From an uncultured Caldilineales bacterium (GTDB lineage Bacteria > Chloroflexota > Anaerolineae > J102), in contig CAYWPZ010000001.1 of the NCBI GenBank assembly GCA_964460135.1, positions 7,469-71,468 on the forward strand: a stretch of DNA of 64,000 bases, written 5' to 3'. The translations under genes and the position numbers were made by a program. Below the pieces are notes generated by a model. The model had not been told where the DNA came from and did no database searches. It saw nothing but the letters and a program-made list of their open reading frames with translations. Below, in pieces: positions 48,191-57,079 of this stretch; within the stretch, counting starts at the first letter, position 1, and each line of letters begins with the position of its first letter.

Positions 48191-48224
48191 AGTAACAGTC
48201 AACAATCAACAGTCAACAATCACC
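48191..48224. repeat. RTCAACA heptamer x5 directly abutting the lipoprotein start codon
   Basis: AGTAACA GTCAACA ATCAACA GTCAACA ATCACC|ATG. Confidence 0.7.
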
Positions 48225-48902
48225 ATGCCCACCCGCACACCACGCCCACTCATCGTCCTTTGTGAGGCGGCTGTCTTCGTCGCCCTGCTGGCGCTGGCCG
48301 CCTGCGCACCGGGCGGATGGCTGCCCGTTCCGCCGGCGCCGCTCGCCCCAACGACGGCGCCCCCTGCGGCCACGGCCACACCGGCTGCAGCCACATCATC
48401 ACCAACCATGACGCCTGCCACGACCGACCGCTGGTGCGAAATCAACTTGTGGACGCCCTATCCCTTCACCACGCCGCTGCCTCCCTTTACAGCCACGCCC
48501 ATCGACGGCCTCTATGCCTATTTCGACACGGTGCATGCGGCCAGCCGCACCCCCTGCCGTCGTTGCCCGCCCTATCCGCCCCTGGCCGGCGTCTGGATGC
48601 TGAAGCTGGACAAAGGCATCTTCCGCGTCTTCCATCCCAACACCGGCTGGCGCACGCTCGGCTCGTTCGCGGTCGATGGCGAGCGCGTGACCTTCTTCAA
48701 TGACCCCAACTGCCATCTGGCGGTGGGCGTCTTTGGCTGGCAGGCGGTCGAGGGCGGCCTGAGCATGCAATTGGTGCAGGATGACTGCGAGCTGGGCACC
48801 CGCGCCACGCTGTTCACGGGCGGCCTCTGGCAGAGTTGTCAGCCCCCCAACCAGGAGGCGGCCGTCAGCGGGCACTGGCCGACGCCGCCCGGCTGCGAAT
48901 GA
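48225..48902 (+). CDS. Hypothetical lipoprotein with Pro/Thr-rich linker and Cys-rich domain
   Basis: Lipobox LALAACAPG. The stop overlaps the next gene's start (ATGA). Confidence 0.55.
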   Translation: MPTRTPRPLIVLCEAAVFVALLALAACAPGGWLPVPPAPLAPTTAPPAATATPAAATSSPTMTPATTDRWCEINLWTPYPFTTPLPPFTATPIDGLYAYFDTVHAASRTPCRRCPPYPPLAGVWMLKLDKGIFRVFHPNTGWRTLGSFAVDGERVTFFNDPNCHLAVGVFGWQAVEGGLSMQLVQDDCELGTRATLFTGGLWQSCQPPNQEAAVSGHWPTPPGCE

Positions 48903-51793
48903 AGCCCTCGACCGAGCGCCTCGACGCCCTGGCCGCCGACCTGCGCAAACACAGCAGCGTCAGGCTCCATCGCGACCTGTCCACGCGTCTGCTCTATAGC
49001 ACCGACGCCTCCAACTACCAGATCATGCCGCTGGCCGTCGTCCTGCCCAAGCACGATGACGACGTCCTGGCCACGGTCGAAGCCGGCATCGGCCTCGATC
49101 TGCCCATCCTCGCCCGCGGGGGCGGCTCCAGCCTGGCGGGGCAGGCCGTGGGCGAGGCGGTCATCATCGACTTCAGCCGCTGGCTCAACGACCTGGTGCG
49201 GGTGGATGGCGGCCGGCGTCGCGCCCTCGTCCAGCCGGGCATCACCCTGGATGCGCTCAACCGCCGCCTGGCCGCCTACGGCCTCATGGTCGGCCCCGAC
49301 CCGGCCAGCGCCGACCGCGCCACCCTGGGCGGCGTCATCGCCAACAACAGCACCGGCGCCCACTCCATCCTCTACGGCATGATGTCCGATCATGTCGTCA
49401 GCCTGCGGGCGGTGCTGGCCGATGGCCGCGAGACCCGACTGGCGCCGATCCCCTGGCCCCAGGCCCGCACCCTGGCCGCCGGCCAAGACTTCGAGGCCGG
49501 CCTCTATCGCCGCCTCATCGACCTGGTGCAGATCAACGCCGGGCTGATCGACGCCCACTTCCCGCCCTACTGGCGGCGCTCCGGCGGCTACAACCTCAAT
49601 CTGTTGCGCCGCCAGCTCGACGCCAACGAACTCAACCTGGCCCCGATGCTGGTGGGGAGCGAGGGAACGCTCGGCGTCATCCTGGAGGCGGAGATCAACC
49701 TCGTCCCCGCCCCCCGCCACAAAGCCCTTGCCATCCTCCACTACCCCAGCGCCGCCGCCGCCTTTGGCGCTGTCCCCGGCCTGCTGGAGTTGCATCCTGC
49801 CGCCATCGAACTGCTCGACGGGGTGCTCATCGGCCTGACCCGCGCCAGCCCGGCCTGGAGCAAGCGCCTGACTTTCATCGAAGGCAACCCGGCCGCCGTC
49901 TACATCGTCGAATTCGCCGCCAACGACGAGCGCCTGCTGGACGCGCAACTGGCGGCGCTCGAACGCTACTGGCGTCGACATGGCAGCGGGCAACCGCTGG
50001 TCCCCATCCGCGAGCGGGCGGGCCAGGCCAACGTCTGGCAAGTGCGCAAGGCTGGGCTGGGTCTGCTGGCCTCGATGCGCGGTGACGCCAAACCCACACC
50101 CGGCATCGAGGACGCCGCCGTGCCGGTCGAGCAGCTAGCCGGTTACATGGCCGAGCTTGGCCTCCTGTTGGATGGCCGCGGCGTCGCCTCGGCCATGTAT
50201 GCCCATGCCTCGGCCGGCTGCCTGCACGTGCGCCCCATCCTCAACCTGAAGACCGCAGCGGGCGTGCAAACGCTGGTGGAACTGACAAGCGAGGTCGCAG
50301 CCCTGGCCAAACGTTTTGGCGGCGTCCCCAGCAGCGAGCACGGCGACGGCCTCGCCCGCTCCTATCTCAACCCCGCCTTCTTCGGCCCGGACATCTACGC
50401 CCTCCTCCGCCAGATCAAGGCCATCTTCGACCCGCACAACCTCTTCAACCCCGGCAAGATCATCGCCGGTCCCCCGCCCGACCACAACCTGCGCTTTGGC
50501 CCGAACTATCAGACCATTGCCCTGCAACCAAGCTGGGACTGGAGCGCGGATGGCGGCTTCGACCGGGCGGTAGAGATGTGCAATGGCGCCGCCATCTGCC
50601 GCAAACTCGATGCCGGAACCATGTGCCCCTCGTTCATGGCCCTGCGCGACGAGAGGCACAGCACCCGCGGCCGGGCCAACCTGCTGCGCGCGGCCCTCAG
50701 CGGCCGTCTCCCCGGCGGCCTGGCCGACCCGGCCCTGGTCGAGGCCCTGGACGCCTGCCTGGGCTGCAAAGCCTGCAAGAGCGAATGCCCCTCCAGCGTC
50801 GATATGACCCGCCTGAAGGCCGAGGTCTACGCCCAGAACTACGAACAGAAAGGGATGCGACCGCCCCTGGCGGCTCTGGTTTTTGGCCACATCGACCGCC
50901 TGAGCGCCGCCGCCGGCTTTTTCCCGCCCCTTGCCAACTTCACCCTTGCCTTTCCGCCCACCCGCTGGCTGCTCCGCCGCAGCCTCGGCCTCCACCCTTC
51001 CCGCTCGCTGCCTCGCTTCCACCGCCCCTTTTCGCAGCGGCCCGAAGCCAGAGAACAGGCCAGGCGCCCGGTTTCCCACCCCGTCGCCTTTTTCGCCGAT
51101 ACCTTCACCGAATTCAACGAGCCAGAGCAAGGACTGGCCGCATTGCGCCTCCTGAAGAGCGCCGGTTTCGCCGTGCAGGTGGCGAGGCGACGTTGTTGTG
51201 GCCGGCCGCTGCTCAGCCAGGGGTTGGTGGAGCAAGCCAAAGGCCGGGCGCGGGCCGTGGTGGCGTCCCTCTTGCCCTTCGCCCGCGCCGGCGTCCCCAT
51301 CGTCGGCCTGGAACCGAGCTGCATCCTCACCATCCGCGACGACTATCCCGGCCTCATCCCCGGCCCCGAAACCGCAGCCGTGGCGGCGGGCGTCTGGCTT
51401 CTGGACGAATTTCTGGCCCAGGAACTGGTTGCAGGCAGATTGCAGTGGTCGCCCAAACCCCGACGCCAGCGTTTTCTCGTCCACGGCCACTGCCACCAGA
51501 AGGCGCTGGCCGGCATCGAACCCACCCTGGCTGTGCTCAACGCCATCCCCGGCGCCCAGGCCGAAGCGATCGAGGCAGGGTGCTGTGGCATGGCCGGGGC
51601 CTTCGGCTATACTGCCAACCATTACGACCTCAGCCTGACCATCGCCAACGACCGCCTGCTCCCGGCCCTGCGCGCCAACCCAGGCGCCGTACTGGTGGCC
51701 AACGGCTTCTCCTGCCGCCATCAGATCCACGACCTCACTGCCCGCCCCGCCTTCCACCTCGCCCGCATTTTGGGCGCGGATGAACACGGATGA
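48899..51793 (+). CDS. YdiJ-like FAD-linked oxidoreductase with C-terminal 4Fe-4S and two CCG domains (964 aa)
   Basis: FAD_binding_4 region (PLAVVLPKHDDDV..GGGSSLAGQ), ferredoxin motif CLGCKACKSECP, and CCG domains (CCGRP.., CCGMAG..). Confidence 0.85.
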   Translation: MKPSTERLDALAADLRKHSSVRLHRDLSTRLLYSTDASNYQIMPLAVVLPKHDDDVLATVEAGIGLDLPILARGGGSSLAGQAVGEAVIIDFSRWLNDLVRVDGGRRRALVQPGITLDALNRRLAAYGLMVGPDPASADRATLGGVIANNSTGAHSILYGMMSDHVVSLRAVLADGRETRLAPIPWPQARTLAAGQDFEAGLYRRLIDLVQINAGLIDAHFPPYWRRSGGYNLNLLRRQLDANELNLAPMLVGSEGTLGVILEAEINLVPAPRHKALAILHYPSAAAAFGAVPGLLELHPAAIELLDGVLIGLTRASPAWSKRLTFIEGNPAAVYIVEFAANDERLLDAQLAALERYWRRHGSGQPLVPIRERAGQANVWQVRKAGLGLLASMRGDAKPTPGIEDAAVPVEQLAGYMAELGLLLDGRGVASAMYAHASAGCLHVRPILNLKTAAGVQTLVELTSEVAALAKRFGGVPSSEHGDGLARSYLNPAFFGPDIYALLRQIKAIFDPHNLFNPGKIIAGPPPDHNLRFGPNYQTIALQPSWDWSADGGFDRAVEMCNGAAICRKLDAGTMCPSFMALRDERHSTRGRANLLRAALSGRLPGGLADPALVEALDACLGCKACKSECPSSVDMTRLKAEVYAQNYEQKGMRPPLAALVFGHIDRLSAAAGFFPPLANFTLAFPPTRWLLRRSLGLHPSRSLPRFHRPFSQRPEAREQARRPVSHPVAFFADTFTEFNEPEQGLAALRLLKSAGFAVQVARRRCCGRPLLSQGLVEQAKGRARAVVASLLPFARAGVPIVGLEPSCILTIRDDYPGLIPGPETAAVAAGVWLLDEFLAQELVAGRLQWSPKPRRQRFLVHGHCHQKALAGIEPTLAVLNAIPGAQAEAIEAGCCGMAGAFGYTANHYDLSLTIANDRLLPALRANPGAVLVANGFSCRHQIHDLTARPAFHLARILGADEHG

Positions 51794-51816
51794 CACGGAT
51801 TTATGTGACATGATTG

Positions 51817-51858
51817 GTGGCAAGTGGCAGGTGGCAAGTGCCAGGTGTCAAGTAACAC
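51817..51858. repeat. RGTGGCA heptamer x6 immediately after the ydiJ stop
   Basis: GGTGGCA AGTGGCA GGTGGCA AGTGCCA GGTGTCA AGTAACA. The last units form the hairpin CAGGTG..CACCTG. Same family as the array at 62808 and, in reverse complement, 5581-5606. Confidence 0.7.
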
Positions 51859-51927
51859 CTGCCGCCTGCGACCCGCCCCCGCTCCTTGTCTACCGGTTTC
51901 CTTGCCTACTCATCTACATCCACCCCG

Positions 51928-52381
51928 ATGAATGCCATCGAAGTCCAGGCCCTGCGCTGCGTCTACCAGGCCAAGACGGGCATCCTCCGCCGCGCGGCCA
52001 AGGAAGTCGTGGCGGTGGAGGGCGTCAGTTTTGCCGTCGCGCAGGGCGAGTTGCTTGGCTTGCTCGGTCCCAACGGCGCCGGCAAAACGACCACGATCAA
52101 GATGCTGACCACGTTGCTGATCCCGACCAGCGGCGCCGCAACCATCCTCGGCTTTGATCTGGTCAAGCAGGCCGAGAAGGTGCGCCCGCTATCTCCTGGC
52201 CCCCTACTGGGCTGCCCGCGCCCTCCACGCCACCTCCAGCGGCCAGACTTCGCTGGCCGACGCCGATCTCAGTTGGGCCATCCTCAGCGCCCTCAGCCTG
52301 ATCTACCTCGCGCTTTCGCGCTGGCTATTCCTCCGGATGCTTCATAAAGCCCGCGTCGAGGCGACGTTGGGGGCGATGTGA
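51928..52381 (+). pseudogene. Remnant of an ABC transporter: ATPase N-terminal ~87 aa (Walker A) joined out of frame to a permease-like C-terminal TM tail
   Basis: GPNGAGKTT ... ILGFDLVKQAEKVR, then the frame is lost near 52186. The second frame (52154-52381) encodes ..LSWAILSALSLIYLALSRWLF..., typical of a last TM helix. No Q-loop, signature or Walker B is present. Confidence 0.6.
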
Positions 52382-52458
52382 GCGAGATCGAGGTGTGATT
52401 CGTACAACTGTTCGATTTCGAGTATACTTGGGTACATCTTACTTGGGGTCAGAATTCT

Positions 52459-53457
52459 ATGTCTCAAGAGAGCGACCTGCCGTTCGGGAGCGAGTTCTCT
52501 CCCAGCCAAATCGACTTATCCGAAATCCTGGAAATTGTCGAAACGTACTCGGGGGATGTGCAGGCGTTGCAGGACGCGATCCAGGCTCGCTATTTCAGCG
52601 CACACGGCGGTGGAAGCGCCCGCAATCAGAAGACCCTGGCGATGAACTGCCGGCTGGGGATGAAGGCATACGGCATCATCGACGAGACAGCCACGATCAC
52701 AGCCTTTGGACGCAGGCTCTATCGAATCAGAGAGAATGGGCCGGCCTTGTACACCCTTCTGGCCAGACACATCCTGCTGCACTTGAAGGGCATGACGTTG
52801 GTGCAATGCATTCAAGATATGACGGCGGCCGGCGAGGAAGTCAATTTGACGACGCTGCGCCAGGCTTTGGCCGAGCGCGGCATCCACTATCCGGCGGGTG
52901 GCAAACATCCCAGTATGATGCGTTTGTGGCTTGTCAAAGCAGGCGTGTTTGTGGGCGCTCGTTGGCAGGTGGACAACCTGAGATTGAAAGAAGTGCTGGG
53001 CATCAACCCAGCCGACTTCGACACCCTTGCCCCTCTGACAGCCGCACAACGTTGTTTCTTGCTGGCGCTGGCCAATACAGGCCTCAGCACGCCGCAGCCG
53101 GCGAATGAGATTGCCCGGCTCGCTGCGGCAACTTATGGCGTTCGCTTCCCCGAGAAGAGCTTGCCCAAACTCGTGCTCAACGCCCTGGTCGAGGCTGGAT
53201 ACATTACCGCCACGAAGACGACCGAAGGTCGCGGGGCGAAACCCTTCCTGGTGTCACCCACCGAAAAACTGGTCCACGATGTGGTCGAGCCGCTGCTAGA
53301 ACAGATGAAGTCGCAGACGGATATGAAGCTGGTTCAGTTGATGCGCAAACCGCTTGCCGACGTCCTCGCCGAGCTTGACGCCCAAGACCGGTATATCGCT
53401 GGATTGGCGCTCGAAGCTCCTCCATCGTCATGGTCGATCGACGCGACCTCGATCTGA
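52459..53457 (+). CDS. Hypothetical 332-aa protein on the low-GC island; candidate restriction endonuclease or specificity partner of the adjacent methyltransferase
   Basis: ATG at 52459. Local GC is about 55% against a 68% background. It lies directly upstream of, and co-oriented with, the beta-class MTase. No family motif is recognisable by eye. Confidence 0.45.
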   Translation: MSQESDLPFGSEFSPSQIDLSEILEIVETYSGDVQALQDAIQARYFSAHGGGSARNQKTLAMNCRLGMKAYGIIDETATITAFGRRLYRIRENGPALYTLLARHILLHLKGMTLVQCIQDMTAAGEEVNLTTLRQALAERGIHYPAGGKHPSMMRLWLVKAGVFVGARWQVDNLRLKEVLGINPADFDTLAPLTAAQRCFLLALANTGLSTPQPANEIARLAAATYGVRFPEKSLPKLVLNALVEAGYITATKTTEGRGAKPFLVSPTEKLVHDVVEPLLEQMKSQTDMKLVQLMRKPLADVLAELDAQDRYIAGLALEAPPSSWSIDATSI

Positions 53458-53550
53458 TCCGAAACAAGCCAGTGCACATCGTCGACGCGTTCAACCGCGA
53501 AGCAAGTCATGCGATGACTCTCAAGAAGCTGGAAATTTAGCGAGGAAGTC

Positions 53551-54688
53551 ATGAGCGCCGAACACACGTCTACAGCTACCCTTTTCCTCGAAACCAGCCT
53601 CGGAAAAATCTATCAGGGCGATTCACTCCGCTTTCTCGCTGATCTGGAACCTGCCAATGCCGATCTGATCATAACCAGCCCTCCCTTCGGTTTGGTCAGG
53701 AAGAAAGAATATGGCAATGTCGAAGCCAACCAGTATCTAGACTGGTTCAAACCCTTTGCTGCACAATTTCACCGTGTGCTGAAGGAAACGGGCAGTCTTG
53801 TGATCGACATCGGCGGGGCCTGGAATCCGGGAACGCCGACGCGCAGCCTCTATCACTTCAAGCTGCTGATCATGCTTTGTGAGGAATTCGGCTTTCATCT
53901 CGCCCAGGATTTCTACTGGTGGAATCCTTCCAGGCTGCCCACGCCCGCCGAATGGGTGACAGTACGCCACATTCGCGTCAAAGACGCCATTGATACCGTT
54001 TGGTGGCTTTCCAAGACCCCCCTGGCCCAAGGCGAGCAATCGGCGTGTGCTGCAACCCTACAGCAACAGTATGCAAGAACTGCTCAAAAAGGGCTATCGA
54101 GCCAAAAAACGCCCCTCCGGCCACGACATCAGCGATAAATTCGCGGTGGACAACGGCGCTGCTATCCCTCCCAACCTGATCGCCATTCCAAATACCGAGA
54201 GCAACAGCCACTACCTCCGCTATTGTCAGGAACGAGCCATCACACCTCACCCCGCCCGCTACCCTGCCGCCCTGCCCGAATACTTCATTCGTATGCTGAC
54301 CGATAAAGGCGACCTGGTGTTCGATCCATTTGCCGGCAGCTGCGTCACCGGCGAAGTCGGCGAACGGCTTCAGCGACGCTGGTTGTGCGTTGAACTGGTC
54401 GAAGAGTACTTGCTCGGCGCCCGCGGTCGATTCGAACAAACTGGCATTCCCGAACCGGAGATCAAAACCGCAAGCGATGGGGATGACAACTATTATCGCA
54501 TGCCGCACCCTGGCATCCTCTGGAACGGCGCCACGGAGACGCCATTGGCTGCCGATGGCGGCAAGGCGCGGCATTTTTCCGGCGATCCGGCCAGAAGCGG
54601 CAGCCGGACGACGCCAGCACATGCTCCTCCAAGTCGCTCCTCCGCTCCCCTTCTCGACCTGCTTCGAGAGCAAACGTCTGATGCCTGA
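53551..54688 (+). pseudogene. Beta-class N4-cytosine/N6-adenine DNA methyltransferase (SPPF motif IV before FxGxG motif I), interrupted by a +1 frameshift in a C6 homopolymer (54017-54022)
   Basis: Frame 1 (53551-54138) carries IITSPPFG. Frame 2 (53990-54688) carries VFDPFAGSCVTG. Removing one C from gaCCCCCCtgg gives a continuous ..[20 protein letters not shown].. product. ATG is preceded by GAGGAAG. Confidence 0.7.
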
Positions 54689-54718
54689 TCAGTTCACTCA
54701 TCATCTCATCTTGCCCCG

Positions 54719-54768
54719 CCTCTCCGCCTCCCTCCGCATCTTCTTCTCCGGCGCCTGGCTCTCCCACA
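54719..54768. repeat. 50-bp direct repeat, left copy
   Basis: cctctccgccTccctccgcatcttcttctccggcgcctggctctccCaca, 48/50 identical to the copy at 55472-55521. Confidence 0.85.
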
Positions 54769-54798
54769 GACGCGGGTGAGAACGGCAGCGGCGGAGCC

Positions 54799-55116
54799 TC
54801 ATGCTGCCGCAGTGAGCGGCCGAATGCGGAACAATTCATCACTATGGCGCTGTTTGGATTCCCACAGGTCTCTTGCATGTTGCGCATTCAACCAGAATTC
54901 GGGAGAATTTCCGAAGAGGCGCGACAAACGTAGCGCCATCAACGGCGTCATGGAGCGCTCCTCTCTCAACAGTTCGTGAATCGTCTGCCGCGACACGCCC
55001 AGTTCCGCTGCCAGCGCACTGGCCGATAGCCCGTAGTCCGGCATGAAATCCTCGCGCAGCATCGCGCCAGGATGTGTTGGTGGAATTTGACGAGGCTCGT
55101 TATTTGCGAATGACAT
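54799..55116 (-). CDS. higA: HigA-family antitoxin (XRE-type HTH)
   Basis: Sequence ..LSASALAAELGVSRQTIHELLREERSMTPLMALRLSRLFGNSPEFWLNAQ.. ATG at 55116 behind GAGGAGAAAG, 10 nt after the higB stop. Confidence 0.85.
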   Translation of the reverse strand: MSFANNEPRQIPPTHPGAMLREDFMPDYGLSASALAAELGVSRQTIHELLREERSMTPLMALRLSRLFGNSPEFWLNAQHARDLWESKQRHSDELFRIRPLTAAA

Positions 55117-55126
55117 GGCTTTCTCC

Positions 55127-55408
55127 TCAATGATAATCGGTGACTTCGACATCGAAAGCGTCGCCGTCCACGAAACGAAAGCAAATGCGCCACTGATCAT
55201 TGATGGCGATCGACCACTGGCCTTCTCGGTCTCCCTTCAAGGCGTGCAAGCGGTTGCTCGGCGGTACTTTGAGATCATTCAAGTTCTGTGCCAGATCGAT
55301 GTACTCCAGCCTTCGCAGCGCCAGCTTCGCCAAATCTGGCGGCAGCCGCTTTGACTTGCCGCTGACATACAGCCGCTGCGTTTCTCTGTCAGCGAACGTC
55401 TGAATCAT
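55127..55408 (-). CDS. higB: HigB toxin (RelE/ParE superfamily)
   Basis: 93 aa, [14 protein letters not shown]...[21 protein letters not shown]. Toxin-first order as in HigB-HigA. Confidence 0.85.
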   Translation of the reverse strand: MIQTFADRETQRLYVSGKSKRLPPDLAKLALRRLEYIDLAQNLNDLKVPPSNRLHALKGDREGQWSIAINDQWRICFRFVDGDAFDVEVTDYH

Positions 55409-55471
55409 AGCCGAATGGTAATCCGTCACGTGACACCTGTCAATCCCCTCGCCCACCCTTTCCATGCCCAA

Positions 55472-55521
55472 CCTCTCCGCCCCCCTCCGCATCTTCTTCT
55501 CCGGCGCCTGGCTCTCCTACA
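55472..55521. repeat. 50-bp direct repeat, right copy
   Basis: cctctccgccCccctccgcatcttcttctccggcgcctggctctccTaca, about 100 bp upstream of rtcB. Confidence 0.85.
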
Positions 55522-55621
55522 TCAGCCTGTTTCGCAGGGCGCGGCCGGCTTCGGGCTGTTCAGCTGGTTCGAGACCATCGCCAAGCGAGTGACTTCAGCC
55601 AAGCCAAAAATCGATCAAACT

Positions 55622-57073
55622 ATGGTCGCCCGCAAAGACCTGCGCCAAATCAACCCCTACCTGTACGAGATTGCCTGTGAATTTCGCCAGGATATGCGCG
55701 TCCCCGCCCGCATCTACGCCGACGAAGCCATCTTGCAGGCGGCCCTGCGCGACCAATCCATCGACCAATTGGTCAACACCGCCACCCTGCCCGGCATCGT
55801 CCAATATGCCCTGGCCATGCCCGACATCCACCAGGGCTACGGTTTCTCCATCGGCGGCGTGGTGGCCACCCGCGCCGATGACGGCGTCATCTCGCCCGGC
55901 GGGGTGGGTTATGACATCAATTGCGGCGTCCGGCTGCTGGCCTCGGACATGGAGGAGGGCGAAGTGCGGCCTTACATGGAAGATCTGGCCACCGCCCTCT
56001 CCCAAAAAATCCCCAGCGGCGTCGGCGTCGGGGGCTTCATCCGCCTCAGCGACCAGGAGATGGAGCAAGTGCTGGAAACCGGGGCGCGCTGGACGCTGAA
56101 GCGAGGCATGGCGCGCAAAGAGGACCTCATCCACACCGAAGAAGAAGGCTCGATGCCCGGCGCTCGCGCCGACAAAGTCAGCCGCGAGGCCAAGAAACGC
56201 GGCCGGGATCAACTCGGCACCCTGGGCGCAGGCAATCACTTTGCCGAGATCGATGTCGTCGATGAGATTTTCGACCAGGAACTGGCCCGCGCCTTTGGCC
56301 TCTTCCCCGGCCAGGTCGTGCTGCAAATCCATTGTGGCTCGCGCGGGCTGGGACACCAGGTCTGTACCGATTATGTCAACACCTTCCAGGCCGTCGTCAA
56401 ACACTACGGCATCGTCCTGCCCGACCGCCAGCTGGTGTGCGCGCCGGTGAAATCGGCCGAAGGGCAAGATTACATCGCCGCCATGGCTGCCGCCGCCAAC
56501 TTTGCCTGGGCCAATCGCCAGGCCCTCAGCCACCAGGCCCGGCAGGCATTCGCCGATGTGTTGGCCGGCAAAGTACGCGGCTACGACCTGCGCCTGGTCT
56601 ACGACATCGCCCACAACATGGCCAAGCTGGAGACGCACGAGGTGGAGGGCCGCAACCTGCGGGTCTGCGTCCATCGCAAGGGCGCCACCCGCGCCTTTGG
56701 CCCTGGCAGCCCTGTCCTCCCGCCCGACTATCGCCAGGCCGGGCAGCCGGTGTTTGCGCCGGGCAGCATGGGCACGGCCAGCTATGTGCTGGCTGGCACC
56801 GAAGGCTCGATGCGCCAGACCTTTGGCTCCACCTGCCACGGCGCCGGCCGCCAGATGAGCCGCGCCGCCGCCAAGAAACAGGTGCAGGGCGGCAGGCTGA
56901 AGCACGAACTGGAAGAGGGCGGGGTGGTGGTGCGCGCCGGCAGCCTGGCCGGGCTGGCCGAAGAGGCCCCCATCGCCTACAAGGACGTGAGCCGGGTGGT
57001 GGATGTCGTTCACAACGCCGGCATCGCCCGCAAAGTGGCCCGGCTGCGGCCGATCGGCGTCGTCAAAGGCTGA
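55622..57073 (+). CDS. rtcB: RNA-splicing ligase RtcB
   Basis: N-terminus aligns with archaeal and bacterial RtcB (..[38 protein letters not shown]..). The C-terminus ..[20 protein letters not shown] aligns as well. Confidence 0.92.
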   Translation: MVARKDLRQINPYLYEIACEFRQDMRVPARIYADEAILQAALRDQSIDQLVNTATLPGIVQYALAMPDIHQGYGFSIGGVVATRADDGVISPGGVGYDINCGVRLLASDMEEGEVRPYMEDLATALSQKIPSGVGVGGFIRLSDQEMEQVLETGARWTLKRGMARKEDLIHTEEEGSMPGARADKVSREAKKRGRDQLGTLGAGNHFAEIDVVDEIFDQELARAFGLFPGQVVLQIHCGSRGLGHQVCTDYVNTFQAVVKHYGIVLPDRQLVCAPVKSAEGQDYIAAMAAAANFAWANRQALSHQARQAFADVLAGKVRGYDLRLVYDIAHNMAKLETHEVEGRNLRVCVHRKGATRAFGPGSPVLPPDYRQAGQPVFAPGSMGTASYVLAGTEGSMRQTFGSTCHGAGRQMSRAAAKKQVQGGRLKHELEEGGVVVRAGSLAGLAEEAPIAYKDVSRVVDVVHNAGIARKVARLRPIGVVKG

Positions 57074-57079
57074 ACGAGC

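Noticed and set aside
50135-51823. 562-aa minus-strand ORF and 401-aa plus-strand ORF over the ydiJ-like gene
   Set aside because: Antisense or off-frame artefacts. ydiJ frame 2 contains FAD, Fe-S and CCG motifs continuously.
54330-54779. 149-aa ORF overlapping the MTase 3' end and the left direct repeat
   Set aside because: It lies out of frame with the MTase C-terminal frame, which carries motif I. It is most likely non-coding.
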